A stretch of DNA of 64,000 nucleotides from an uncultured Hyphomicrobiales bacterium (GTDB lineage Bacteria; Pseudomonadota; Alphaproteobacteria; Rhizobiales; HXMU1428-3). Where the stretch lies: contig CAXIBI010000001.1 in NCBI GenBank assembly GCA_964022305.1, positions 4,208 through 68,207 of the forward strand. Direction: 5' to 3'. This document shows, one piece after another, positions 26,630 to 36,228 of this stretch; the first letter of the stretch is position 1; every line of letters starts with the position of its first letter. Made by a program: the position numbers and the translations under genes. The notes beneath the pieces are model-generated. The model saw only the letters and a list, made by a program, of their open reading frames with translations. It did not search any database and was not told the DNA's origin.

Positions 26630-27667
26630 TTAATTTTGTGGTCGTGTTAAATCCAATAAATGGACGGACGAGCCCTTATCTGTACTGCCTGCGCTCTCTG
26701 TTCCAAGACCTGACATCACACTGTTCACTTGCTCAGCTATGTCCATTTCATGAAACCGTGAGGGGGGCTGGTAGCCATTTTCTTTATAGTCTTCTATGGC
26801 TTTCAACTCTTCATCAGAGAGAGGGCGTTGCTTGGGAGATTTGTCTTCATGGACATAATAGATCCGGGGATCTGTTGCTTTGGGTAAGTGTTTTGGGTCA
26901 TGTAATGTGAAAAAAGCTGTGCCGTTTCCGCTTACTGGCGTGCCACCCTGATAGTTTCCACTAAATATATATTGGTTCTGCTTTTGCAGGTCAGCGCCGG
27001 CGATGAGCGCTACATCAGTGGGGATGGGGACAATTTCAAATTCTTTTTCCAGCAAGTTGGACACAAGCAAGCCAAGTTCTGCTGCGCCTGTTGTTCTTTT
27101 TTCTACATTCATATTACTAAAGCCCCAAAGAGACAGAGACTCGCCGGTTTTTGCTTTAAGAGATAATTTGAGGCGTAATTTGGAAGGAGCATAGCCGAGG
27201 CGTGTTGTGCTGCGCAGATCAGCATAAGTAAAGAGCATGTCTTTGAATTTGTTTTCATCATCGTGGCGATGAACGCGCTCAACCACTGAGCCTTCAATGG
27301 AAAAACGACCATCTTGAAGGTGATCAATACGGCAATAGGGGGCAGAGCCATTGCCGGGGTGGGGGGGCTGCCATTCGCACGGGCGAATGGTTTCATAGCG
27401 GATAACGCCTTCCCCTTTGACTGTGCCATCAGCGTAGATTTTTAAAGGGGCCCAAAGACCGAGATGCATTTGAGAAGCGGCATTTTCAGCTGCTGTGACT
27501 TTAAGAAGTGCGCCGAAACTATAGGTGAGTTGGGGGGTGTCTTTGGCTTCCCCGTTTTCTTTAACCTCATCTGCAATGACTGCGAGAGAAGGGAAGACCA
27601 GTGTTAAAAAACCGCATATACAAATCAATAAACCTAAATGAAATCGCCGCACAAAAGAACTCCACAC
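26630..27667 (-). CDS. Hypothetical secreted protein co-oriented with the vWA gene
   Basis: 345-aa ORF with an N-terminal signal-like segment RRFHLGLLICICGFLTLVFPSLAVIA. The likely start is GTG 27652, behind GGAG. No family recognised. Confidence 0.6.
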   Translation of the reverse strand: MWSSFVRRFHLGLLICICGFLTLVFPSLAVIADEVKENGEAKDTPQLTYSFGALLKVTAAENAASQMHLGLWAPLKIYADGTVKGEGVIRYETIRPCEWQPPHPGNGSAPYCRIDHLQDGRFSIEGSVVERVHRHDDENKFKDMLFTYADLRSTTRLGYAPSKLRLKLSLKAKTGESLSLWGFSNMNVEKRTTGAAELGLLVSNLLEKEFEIVPIPTDVALIAGADLQKQNQYIFSGNYQGGTPVSGNGTAFFTLHDPKHLPKATDPRIYYVHEDKSPKQRPLSDEELKAIEDYKENGYQPPSRFHEMDIAEQVNSVMSGLGTESAGSTDKGSSVHLLDLTRPQN

Positions 27668-28167
27668 TCAACTGATTGCTTCAAATGGGAATAGATTTAT
27701 CAGAATCAGAAAAAAGAAGATTTAAAAGGATTGGTAAAATTTTACCTAAACCAGATCAGGAGACACTCAATCGAATTCATGGTTAATGGTGAATGAAAAT
27801 GTGCCTTGAACGCAGGCATCAAAAACTGATTTTTGATTGATAAAACATTGTTTAGAAGGGCTAAATTTTTCTTTGCGCGCTTTTTTCATATCATTTGCGG
27901 TAAATAATTTCACCGGCTTTTCAAGTATGTAATCTTACTCATTTCCTTTTTATTTGCTCTAAACTCTGTTCGGTCCAATAAACCTTTCACACAATATTTG
28001 GTTTCATTTTAAGAGCTGAAGTAAAGCTCTAGATAGAGTGATGGGTAATCTAAATTCTGTATGAAGTCATAACCCGTTAGCTTGCCCAATCTTCCTTCAC
28101 TCCACATTAAAAATATGCATTTCTTAAAAGAAGATTTAATTGAAGAAGAGCAATAGGGCGATTAAAT

Positions 28168-29394
28168 TTGTATAAATTCCTAAATTCATTTCGTGTCATA
28201 GAAGGGTCGTCATTCGTGGCTGGGCCGAGCGCAGGGCTTTATTTATCGCAAATGGGAGCGGAGGTTATTCGCTTTGATCACATTGCTGGTGGCCCCGATT
28301 TTAAGCGCTGGCCTCTCGCAAAATCAGGTAGAAGTCTCTATTGGGAAGGTTTGAATAAGGGTAAAAAATCGATTGCTATTAACCTTTCTGATCCGGAAGG
28401 GCGTGAAATTGCCAAGGCACTGATTTGTGCGCCCGGTGAGGAAGGAGGCATGTTTCTGACGAACTATCCTGTTTCTGGTTTTCTCTCACATGAAAAATTG
28501 AAAGCTGAGCGCAGTGATTTAATCACCGTTCGCGTAATGGGAAAAGCTGATGGGGCCAGTGCGCTTGATTATACGGTGAATGCAGAAGTGGGCATGCCGC
28601 TCGTCACTGGGCCCGCAAGATTAGGGGATGAACCAGTTAATCATGTGCTTCCGGCCTGGGATTTGCTGGCTGGTTCTTATGCGACTTTTGCTCTTCTTGC
28701 GGCTGAACGCTCGCGGCGAGAAACATCTCTTGGCCGTGAGGTTTGTATCCCTTTGATGGATTTGGCAACATCAACTTTATCCAATTTGGGAATGATTGCT
28801 GAGGTTATTGAGGCTGGGGATGATCGTCCGCGTTATGGGAATGATGTCTATGGGTTTTTAGGGCGTGATTTTTTAACGGCTGATAATAAACGCGCGATCA
28901 TTATGGCGCTTACCCCGCGCCATTGGGCCGGGCTTGTTAAATCTCTTAACATTGAAGAGGGGGTGCGCAAGATCGAACAGGAGAATGATGTTTCTTTTGA
29001 TAAAGATGAGGGGCTTCGTTTTATTCACCGCAAGGCGATTAATGAGTTAATTAAAGCTGCGGTCTCTCAGCGCCAAAGCGCAGAATTATTTGCCACATTT
29101 AATGAAAATAAAGTATGCTGGGGACCTTATAAAACAGTCTATGAAGTCTCTCAGGATCCTGATTTGGTAACAGATAATCCTGTTTTTACAGAGCTATCTC
29201 ATAAAAGCGGGTTGACTTACCCGACAGCGGGCTCAGCTGCTCTTCTGCCAGATGAAGAGAGGCAGAGCCCTGTTCGTGCGCCTTATCTTGGCGAACATAC
29301 TGATGAAGTGTTGCTCGAGGTTTTAAAACTAAGTTCAAGTGAGGTTGGCCGCTTGCATGATAAAAATATTGTGGCCGATAAGAAAATTCAATGA
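28168..29394 (+). CDS. Family III (CaiB/BaiF) acyl-CoA transferase
   Basis: N-terminal FRVIEGSSFVAGPSAGLYLSQMGAEVIRFD is typical of family III CoA-transferases. About 400 aa, TTG start. Confidence 0.85.
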   Translation: MYKFLNSFRVIEGSSFVAGPSAGLYLSQMGAEVIRFDHIAGGPDFKRWPLAKSGRSLYWEGLNKGKKSIAINLSDPEGREIAKALICAPGEEGGMFLTNYPVSGFLSHEKLKAERSDLITVRVMGKADGASALDYTVNAEVGMPLVTGPARLGDEPVNHVLPAWDLLAGSYATFALLAAERSRRETSLGREVCIPLMDLATSTLSNLGMIAEVIEAGDDRPRYGNDVYGFLGRDFLTADNKRAIIMALTPRHWAGLVKSLNIEEGVRKIEQENDVSFDKDEGLRFIHRKAINELIKAAVSQRQSAELFATFNENKVCWGPYKTVYEVSQDPDLVTDNPVFTELSHKSGLTYPTAGSAALLPDEERQSPVRAPYLGEHTDEVLLEVLKLSSSEVGRLHDKNIVADKKIQ

Positions 29395-29408
29395 CGGAAA
29401 CTTAAGGA

Positions 29409-30254
29409 ATGAAGCTACGTTCTCTCCTCTTTGTCCCAGGTGACAGGCCTGACCGAATGGAAAAAGCCCTTACGCTTGGTGCAGACGCGCTCATCCTTGA
29501 CCTTGAAGATGCTGTTTCGCTTGAGAATAAAGACGCTGCCCGCGAGCATGTTGCCAAGTTTTTAAATGCCTCACGTGAGCATGGGGTTCATTTACTTGTT
29601 CGTATCAACCCGCTTGATAGTGGTTTTAGCCAAATTGACCTAAGTGCTGTTTTAGGCGCCTCTCCTGATGCGATTATGTTGCCCAAAGCGGATGGCGCCG
29701 AGGCGGTTCGTCAAACTCTCTCTCTTATGGAAGAAGTCGGCCACAGTGTTCCCATCCTGCCATTGACGGTAGAGACACCAGACGCTCTTTTCACCTTAAA
29801 CGAATATCAAACTGTGCCAGAAAATCTATCTGGTTTGACCTGGGGGGCTGAAGACCTCTCTGCGTCTCTTGGCACAAAAGGTAGCCGGGATCATGAGGGG
29901 CAATTACGAGAGCCCTTAAAATTAGCGCGCTCTCTGATTGTCTTTGCAGCGGGTGCTGCTGGTATTCCGGCCATTGAAACAGTTTTTGCTGATTTTAAAA
30001 ATGAAGAGGGGTTGAAGCTTGCAGCTAACCAGGCGGCACTTGATGGGTTTTCTGGCATGATGGCCATCCACCCAGCGCAAGTTCCTATTATCAATGACGC
30101 TTTTACGCCAACAGCGGAAGAGATTGCGCACGCCAGACTGGTTATTGAGGCTTTTGAAAAGAACCCAGGGCAGGGGGCTCAGCAAATCAAAGGTAAAATG
30201 ATTGATGCCGCTCACTTAAAGTTGGCTCAATCTTTAATTGAGAGATCATCATGA
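29409..30254 (+). CDS. HpcH/HpaI aldolase / CitE-like acyl-CoA lyase (citramalyl/malyl-CoA lyase type)
   Basis: LRSLLFVPGDRPDRMEKALTLGADALILDLEDAV and MLPKA are hallmarks of the citrate-lyase-beta-like family. Confidence 0.85.
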   Translation: MKLRSLLFVPGDRPDRMEKALTLGADALILDLEDAVSLENKDAAREHVAKFLNASREHGVHLLVRINPLDSGFSQIDLSAVLGASPDAIMLPKADGAEAVRQTLSLMEEVGHSVPILPLTVETPDALFTLNEYQTVPENLSGLTWGAEDLSASLGTKGSRDHEGQLREPLKLARSLIVFAAGAAGIPAIETVFADFKNEEGLKLAANQAALDGFSGMMAIHPAQVPIINDAFTPTAEEIAHARLVIEAFEKNPGQGAQQIKGKMIDAAHLKLAQSLIERSS

Positions 30255-31102
30255 GTGAATATTCAAAATGGTTAGGACGCAGTGAGATTAAAAAAGATGT
30301 GATTTCTAAAGCTGGCGTCACGCGGTTTCAGGCAACATTAAGCGCATCGCAAGATGAAGTTGTGCCACAAGGGTTTCACTGGTGTACTTGTTTGCCAGAA
30401 ACGCCAACAGATGAATTGGGCGTGGATGGCCACCCGCCAAAGGGTGGGTTTTTGCCGCCTATTGAGTTGCCGCGCCGTATGTGGGCGGCAAGTGATGTTG
30501 AGTTTATGCAGCCCATTGAAATGAACTCTGATATTGAGCGCCATTCAAAGATAAGCAACATTACAGAAAAATCAGGCAAAACCGGTGCTCTTATTTTTGT
30601 TGAGGTTGATCATCTGATTAAAGCGAATGACAAGGAAGTGATCCGCGAGCAACAAACGATTGTTTATAGAGAAGCCACAACAACCAAAGCCCCCTTGCCG
30701 GCCTCTAGACCAGAGAGTGGAGAGACCGTTGATTTATCTGACTGGGAGTGGACAAGGACAGTCACACCCAACACATCACTGCTTTTTAGATATTCGGCTT
30801 TGACGTTTAATTCGCACCGCATTCACTATGACCGGACTTATGCTGAAAATGAAGAGCTTTACCCAGGCCTTGTTGTGCATGGGCCTTTGATGGCAACGCT
30901 TTTGCTTGACCATTGTGCAAGACAATTTGGTCCGAATGCACTCTCGCACTTTTCATATAAGGGGCTGTCTCCGGCTTTCGTTGACCAACCTCTTCATATT
31001 GTTGGCCGGGGGGAAAAAGACCTTGAGTTAAGAGTAATCGGCGCTGATGGCCGCACTGTTGTAAAAGCAAGTGCGGTTAGAAGCAGTGACGACTTTTCAT
31101 AA
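30251..31102 (+). CDS. MaoC-like double hot-dog (itaconyl/mesaconyl-CoA hydratase type) dehydratase
   Basis: FRYSALTFNSHRIHYDRTYAENEELYPGLVVHGPL is the MaoC dehydratase signature. The start overlaps the lyase stop by 4 nt. Confidence 0.8.
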   Translation: MSEYSKWLGRSEIKKDVISKAGVTRFQATLSASQDEVVPQGFHWCTCLPETPTDELGVDGHPPKGGFLPPIELPRRMWAASDVEFMQPIEMNSDIERHSKISNITEKSGKTGALIFVEVDHLIKANDKEVIREQQTIVYREATTTKAPLPASRPESGETVDLSDWEWTRTVTPNTSLLFRYSALTFNSHRIHYDRTYAENEELYPGLVVHGPLMATLLLDHCARQFGPNALSHFSYKGLSPAFVDQPLHIVGRGEKDLELRVIGADGRTVVKASAVRSSDDFS

Positions 31103-31108
31103 AACACT

Positions 31109-31711
31109 CTAGACGAGTGCGCCATTATTCGTGACAGTGCGGTGCGCTGCCTGGTAAGCTGCGCGCCTTAGTTCTCGCGAAAATTCTTCATTTTCGACGG
31201 TGCGGGATAGGACCATTCCCCCAACACAAAGAGATGACAATACAAGTGCTGTTTGTCTTCTATCACTACTCTTTAAACAATTATTCTCGAACAAAGACAC
31301 CATAGCTCTCAAGAGTTGTTCATAAGCTTCACGAACTTTTGGCCCGGCGCGGGCGGCGTCAGAGGGAAGAGCAATCATCGGACATTGGCCCTCAAGGTCA
31401 CCAAGATGCTCATCTGATAGATAACTTTTTAACATAGCTAGAACAGAAGAAATGTCATCTTCACTGGTGGGATCAACACCTGCTTCGTCCCGCCACTTTT
31501 TACCTCGACCGTTGAGAAAACCAATAACAGCTTCAGCATAGAGTTCATCTTTGTTTTTGAAGTGGCTGTAAAAACCGCCGCGAGTTAAACCAGCTTTTTC
31601 CATAATCTCATCAATTGAGACTTCGTGTAGACCTTTCAAATTGAACAGAATTCTGGCGCACTCAACGATTTTCTTTCTGCTCTTAGCCTTGTGTTCTTTG
31701 CTTAGCGGCAT
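31109..31711 (-). CDS. TetR family transcriptional regulator
   Basis: N-terminal HTH: IVECARILFNLKGLHEVSIDEIMEKAGLTRGGFYSHFKNKDELY. Confidence 0.9.
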   Translation of the reverse strand: MPLSKEHKAKSRKKIVECARILFNLKGLHEVSIDEIMEKAGLTRGGFYSHFKNKDELYAEAVIGFLNGRGKKWRDEAGVDPTSEDDISSVLAMLKSYLSDEHLGDLEGQCPMIALPSDAARAGPKVREAYEQLLRAMVSLFENNCLKSSDRRQTALVLSSLCVGGMVLSRTVENEEFSRELRRAAYQAAHRTVTNNGALV

Positions 31712-31836
31712 TTGCTTCCTCCGTTCTTAGCTGATCACCATAAAAGAAATTTATATATGTTGTTGAACATATCAAAGTTTTTTTTAAGCTGCCTTCTTAG
31801 ATGACTAACTGAATGGACAACAGTGAAAGGAAAATA

Positions 31837-32454
31837 ATGAAACTTTACAATGGAATGGCACCTAATGGATTGCGTGTAACGGTTTTTCTCGCAGAAAAAG
31901 GGATTGAGATCCCAACGGAAATCACAAACCCACTAGATGGAGCGACGCGCACTGATGCTTTCTTGAAAATCAACCCACTAGGAGAAATCCCAGCGCTGCA
32001 ACTTGATAGTGGTGAGGTCATTACAGAAAGTATTGCCATCTGTAGATACCTTGAAGAGTTGCACCCAGATAAGCCGTTGTTTGGTGCAAATAAGCTAGAA
32101 CGTGCACGGATTGAGATGTGGAACCGCCGCATGGAACTTCGCTTATTCAGAGCGATCGGAGATGTGGGTCTGCATGAGTTTGAATTTTTTAAAGATAAGA
32201 TAGAACAAATGCCCGATTATGCTGAAACGCAAAAGCGTGCGTTTTTAAAAGAGCTAAGTTGGCTCGATGAAAGTCTTTCTGATGGGCGGAGCTTTATTGC
32301 TGGTGAAACATTTAGTGTTGCGGACATTACCGGCGCTGCTGCACTGATGGTCGCACAATTTGTACAGCTCACTATTCCTGATGAATTGAGCCATGTTAAA
32401 AAATGGACTGGTGAGATCATGTCACGTCCTAATTTTCCAAAACCGTCTGCTTAA
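31837..32454 (+). CDS. Glutathione S-transferase
   Basis: MKLYNG...NPLGEIPALQLDSGEVITESIAICRYLEE is a thioredoxin-like GST N-domain. Start at ATG 31837, behind AAAGGA; the track start is 31813. Confidence 0.85.
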   Translation: MKLYNGMAPNGLRVTVFLAEKGIEIPTEITNPLDGATRTDAFLKINPLGEIPALQLDSGEVITESIAICRYLEELHPDKPLFGANKLERARIEMWNRRMELRLFRAIGDVGLHEFEFFKDKIEQMPDYAETQKRAFLKELSWLDESLSDGRSFIAGETFSVADITGAAALMVAQFVQLTIPDELSHVKKWTGEIMSRPNFPKPSA

Positions 32455-32467
32455 GGGAGATCACTCT

Positions 32468-32854
32468 ATGGACACGATATATCTACCCGTCACTTTCACT
32501 TTTATCAGCCTTTATGCGATTTCTCTGCCAATTTTATCTGGGTGGGTTGGCCTTTATCGAGGCAAGGTCAATATTTTGCGCAGTCACGGCAATGATCCCA
32601 TTTTATTCAAACGAATTCGGATTTATGGAAACCTGATAGAAGTTGCACCTGCATTTGCTCTGATGTTGGCTGTCTCGGAATTTTTGGGATTAACACATAA
32701 CTGGTTATGGGCAGCTGTTGGTACTTTTCTTGTTGGCAGATTTTTACATTACTGCCTCTTTGATAGTAAAGCACGTGGTGCTGCTATGGGATTGACTTTA
32801 TTCCCTGCTGCCCTTCTAGGCATCTGGTCGCTTTTGAAAATCTGGATGTTCTGA
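32468..32854 (+). CDS. MAPEG-family membrane protein
   Basis: About 128 aa with 4 TM helices. VGLYRGKVNILRSHGND...RIYGNLIEVAP...GRFLHY matches the MAPEG pattern. Start ATG 32468, behind AAGGGAGA. Adjacent to the GST gene. Confidence 0.65.
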   Translation: MDTIYLPVTFTFISLYAISLPILSGWVGLYRGKVNILRSHGNDPILFKRIRIYGNLIEVAPAFALMLAVSEFLGLTHNWLWAAVGTFLVGRFLHYCLFDSKARGAAMGLTLFPAALLGIWSLLKIWMF

Positions 32855-32903
32855 CAATCGATATGGAGCGAAAAGCTGCTAAATAAATTTTAAGGAGACA
32901 AGG

Positions 32904-33245
32904 ATGGCCATAGATAAAGAACTGACAACACGCTTTCGAACGATGCTTGAAGGGCAAGCTGGTCTCTCTGAAAAGAATATGATGGGAGGGACCTGTTTTT
33001 TCATAAATGGTAATATGGTTGGCGGAGCCGATTGCTCGAAAACTGGAGAGCGGCGATTTATGTTTCGCGTTGGCAAACCAAATGTGGATGAGGCCGAACA
33101 ATTGCAAGGGGGCGAAGCAATGCACCAAGGTGGAAAACGCATGACCGGATTTTATTTTGTCAATTCTGACGAACAGCCCGAAGTTGTAATCCAGCAATGG
33201 TTTGAACTGGCGGTTAGGCACGCAGCAGGATTACCAGCCAAATGA
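32904..33245 (+). CDS. TfoX N-terminal domain-like protein
   Basis: LSEKNMMGGTCFFINGNMVGG resembles the TfoX_N core (KxMFGGxxxxxNGNM). Confidence 0.5.
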   Translation: MAIDKELTTRFRTMLEGQAGLSEKNMMGGTCFFINGNMVGGADCSKTGERRFMFRVGKPNVDEAEQLQGGEAMHQGGKRMTGFYFVNSDEQPEVVIQQWFELAVRHAAGLPAK

Positions 33246-33907
33246 CAGGATTTAATGATCAAACTTTTTCGTTTTTAAAAGATTTACATAGTAATAATAA
33301 TCGTGACTGGTTTGAGAACAATCGTCAAATCTATCTCACTCATGTTAAGCAAGCGACGCAACAATTTGTTAGTGGCCTTGCAGACTTACTTGAAGTTGAA
33401 ACCGGCCACTCTATTCAGCACAAAATTTATCGCATCAACCGGGACTTGAGGTTCTCAAAGGACAAAACACCTTATAACACTCATATTCACATGTCGCTCT
33501 GGTCTGCTGATGGTGGTGCAAACACCCCGTGTTGGATGATTGGGTTGGAGCCTGGGAAGCTGACATTTGGGGCTGGCCTTATGAGCTTTTCTCCCAAACA
33601 ACTTGAGAGTTGGCGCCAGCTGATTCCATCTCCCAAAGGAGAAGTGTTAACTCAGCTATTAACCGATTTAACATCTCACAACTGTCGCCTTCCTGAGCCA
33701 ACGCTTAAGCGTATTCCTAAACCATTTGAGCAAGATCATCCGCAAGGTGAGTTGCTGCGCAGAAAAGGCCTGACTGTTTGGCGCGATACATCTAAAACGC
33801 AGCTCTGTTTCGGAGAAAAGGGAGCGCAAAACTGTCTTGCAGAATTGCTTTCATTCCGCCTGTTAATGACATGGTTAGAGGACAATCTGGGAACGGTTGA
33901 TCAATAA
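33242..33907 (+). CDS. DUF2461 (TIGR02453-type) family protein
   Basis: FSFLKDLHSNNNRDWFENNRQIY and YRINRDLRFSKDKTPY are typical of this family. Confidence 0.6.
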   Translation: MTGFNDQTFSFLKDLHSNNNRDWFENNRQIYLTHVKQATQQFVSGLADLLEVETGHSIQHKIYRINRDLRFSKDKTPYNTHIHMSLWSADGGANTPCWMIGLEPGKLTFGAGLMSFSPKQLESWRQLIPSPKGEVLTQLLTDLTSHNCRLPEPTLKRIPKPFEQDHPQGELLRRKGLTVWRDTSKTQLCFGEKGAQNCLAELLSFRLLMTWLEDNLGTVDQ

Positions 33908-33939
33908 TAATGAAATTGGCCCTACATTCACTATAACGA

Positions 33940-34923
33940 CTAAGTTACAGGATTAATTTTGTGCACTTCCACTGTTGTGTGAGCAACAGTGTTAAGTTGA
34001 TTTAGTAGGGCTTTGTATTCCGATGAGCTTTTAGGTGCTGTCGAGGCAATTGACACTATCACTGAATGGTGTCCTGGTCCAACCTGCCAAACATGAAGAT
34101 CAGCAATGGTATCGTTTTCGTTTTCAAGTGCTTCGCGTACTTTGCCTTCCAAGTTTCCATCACGGGGCACACGATCTAGCAAAATGCCTCCTGTATCTCG
34201 GATCAAACCCCAAGACCAACGTGAGATTACAATCGCGCCCACTATCCCCATAAGAGGGTCTGCCCAAGACCAACCGTAAGCCCGACCCAACAGGAGAGCG
34301 ACAATCGCAAGTACAGAGGTCAATGCATCAGCTAAAACATGTAAGTAAGCTGCCCGCAGATTGTTGTCCTGCCCATGACTATGTTCATGGTGATCATCGT
34401 GATTATGTCCATGATGATGATGTGAGTGGCCATGGTGGTGATGGTCATCTTTCAATAACCATGCACTGAGTAAGTTCACCACAAGGCCAACAACAGCAAC
34501 CATGATGGCCTGTTCGAAACTGATTGGAACGGGCTCAACCAATCTCAAGAAACTTTCCCAGCCAATAAGCACTGCGATCAGCACCAAGGCTATCGCGCTT
34601 GCAAAACCAGCCAGATCACCGACTTTGCCTGTACCAAAACTGAAATTGGGATTGGCCGCGTTTTGCCTTGCATAGCGATAAGCCAAAACCGCGATTAGCA
34701 TGGCTCCTGCATGGGTCGACATGTGCCAGCCATCTGCAATTAGGGCCATTGAACCAAACCAATGGCCTGCAGCGATTTCAACAATCATCATCAGGGTGGT
34801 CAGCGCGATGACAAGCCAGACCTTTCGCTCGTTGCGAGCTTGATTTGCTCCGAGGAAAAAATGCTCATGCTTGAGAGCTGATAAATCTTGGTTACTCATC
34901 ACACACCCTTTGGTTTCAGCCAT
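33940..34923 (-). CDS. dmeF: Cation diffusion facilitator (DmeF/CzcD-like Co/Ni/Zn efflux) transporter
   Basis: 6-TM CDF core (ALIADGWHMSTHAGA; HVLADALTSV). His-rich loop DHHHHGHSHHHHGHNHDDHHEHSHG. Confidence 0.9.
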   Translation of the reverse strand: MAETKGCVMSNQDLSALKHEHFFLGANQARNERKVWLVIALTTLMMIVEIAAGHWFGSMALIADGWHMSTHAGAMLIAVLAYRYARQNAANPNFSFGTGKVGDLAGFASAIALVLIAVLIGWESFLRLVEPVPISFEQAIMVAVVGLVVNLLSAWLLKDDHHHHGHSHHHHGHNHDDHHEHSHGQDNNLRAAYLHVLADALTSVLAIVALLLGRAYGWSWADPLMGIVGAIVISRWSWGLIRDTGGILLDRVPRDGNLEGKVREALENENDTIADLHVWQVGPGHHSVIVSIASTAPKSSSEYKALLNQLNTVAHTTVEVHKINPVT

Positions 34924-35196
34924 TTATTTAATATAAGACTTTAGAATTTGGATTACTTCTGCAGCACTTTTCTCGCGCTCTGATGCAGTTGGAGCATCGA
35001 TCACATGACTGCGTATATGTTCTTCAAGCACTTCGTTTGTAAGGCCCGTGATTGCGCCTCGTATCGAGGCGATTTGCCTTAGTACCTCACCGCAGTCGGC
35101 TTCGGCATCTAAAGCACGCTCAACACCTTCAACTTGACCTTTGATCCGACGAAGTCGGGAAATCAGTTTTGATTTATCTCGGTTAAGGTGAGACAT
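34924..35196 (-). CDS. dmeR: RcnR/FrmR/CsoR-family metal-sensing repressor
   Basis: MSHLNRDKSKLISRLRRIKGQVEGVERALDAEADCGEVLRQIASIRGA. Start at ATG 35196. The upstream 41 codons of the track ORF cross the operator and promoter and are rejected. Confidence 0.85.
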   Translation of the reverse strand: MSHLNRDKSKLISRLRRIKGQVEGVERALDAEADCGEVLRQIASIRGAITGLTNEVLEEHIRSHVIDAPTASEREKSAAEVIQILKSYIK

Positions 35197-35210
35197 AGCT
35201 AGCTCCAATA

Positions 35211-35230
35211 TAGTATAGGGGGTTATACTA
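35211..35230. promoter_or_regulatory. RcnR-type operator (inverted repeat flanking a G tract)
   Basis: TAGTATA-GGGGG-T-TATACTA lies 15 bp upstream of the repressor start. This is the TACT-G/C tract-AGTA style described for RcnR/DmeR operators. Confidence 0.6.
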
Positions 35231-35321
35231 TTTTTACTCGAAAAGAGCAATCTAAATATCATATTGGCGCATATCAGTGTATCATCTGCATATCTCATTT
35301 TATGTTGGGGGATCGGCATTC

Positions 35322-35711
35322 ATGGCTAGAAAAAGCAAAACGCGGCAAACACTGGAAGAGATTCTGCAATCGACATCAGAAACATTATTTCCTGACAAGA
35401 TGGGTCAGGAGAAAATTTCTGTCGATACGAAAGATTGCTGCAATGATACACCCCTTCATATTCTCACACATCGAGGCAATGATTATGGATGCCAATTGAT
35501 TATTGAAGCTGGCGCTGATGTTAATGCGGTTGGCGATTTGGGGTATACTCCGCTTCATTATGCAGTCATGACAGATAATGTTAAAATGATTGGATTGCTT
35601 TTGAAATATGGAGCGAACCCGGCAATCGCCTGCGAGTTTGGAGAAACGCCGATTGATATTGCTAAGCGCCAATCTCCGGAGACACTTAAGGCTCTGCGTA
35701 AAACGGATTGA
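35322..35711 (+). CDS. Ankyrin-repeat protein
   Basis: DTPLHILTHRGNDYGCQLIIEAGADVNAVGDLGYTPLHYAVMTDNVKMIGLLLKYGANP gives at least two canonical ANK repeats. Start at ATG 35322. Confidence 0.8.
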   Translation: MARKSKTRQTLEEILQSTSETLFPDKMGQEKISVDTKDCCNDTPLHILTHRGNDYGCQLIIEAGADVNAVGDLGYTPLHYAVMTDNVKMIGLLLKYGANPAIACEFGETPIDIAKRQSPETLKALRKTD

Positions 35712-35765
35712 GGACGTTTTTGCTAACTCTTTTGTTAGTCCTTAAAGAGAGACAGAGGTATAGCT

Positions 35766-36218
35766 ATGACTTTGACAAACCAAATAAGTTTCATCAGCCG
35801 ATTGCTCTTTTTAATTGGTTTATGTCTCTTTCTATCACCGTATGTCTTTGCCACACAGCTGCTTGCTGAAGATGGCCGCACAGTTTATGAAGCCACTTGC
35901 AAACGATGCCATGGACCGCTGGAAGAACAAAGCTCCTCACTAACTGCGCCTGTTATTCCGGTTGTAATGCTTCCGTTAGGGCCTGACCTCAAAGGCGTGT
36001 TTGGACGTCCTGCTGCTATTGTTAAAGGGTTTCAATATTCAAAAGGCATGGAGACCTTTGCTCAAACTGGGGCCGTTTGGGATCGGGCAACACTTGATCT
36101 CTACCTTACAGATTCAAGAAAACTGGTGCCTGGTACTTTTATGTTTATAAAAGTACCGACTAGCCAACGTACAAAGATAATTGACTATCTTGAAAAAGTT
36201 GCACCTTACCGGCCGTAA
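35766..36218 (+). CDS. Periplasmic class I c-type cytochrome
   Basis: Signal peptide, a single CKRCHG haem-binding site, and a distal PGTFMF Met-ligand region. Confidence 0.8.
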   Translation: MTLTNQISFISRLLFLIGLCLFLSPYVFATQLLAEDGRTVYEATCKRCHGPLEEQSSSLTAPVIPVVMLPLGPDLKGVFGRPAAIVKGFQYSKGMETFAQTGAVWDRATLDLYLTDSRKLVPGTFMFIKVPTSQRTKIIDYLEKVAPYRP

Positions 36219-36228
36219 TAGTGAGCAA

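Noticed and set aside
34924-35319. Long form (131 aa) of the RcnR-like repressor, and the 35277 start of the ankyrin ORF
   Set aside because: Both extensions run across the operator palindrome and the divergent promoter region. Family-typical N-termini begin at 35196 (MSHLNRDK) and 35322 (MARKSK).
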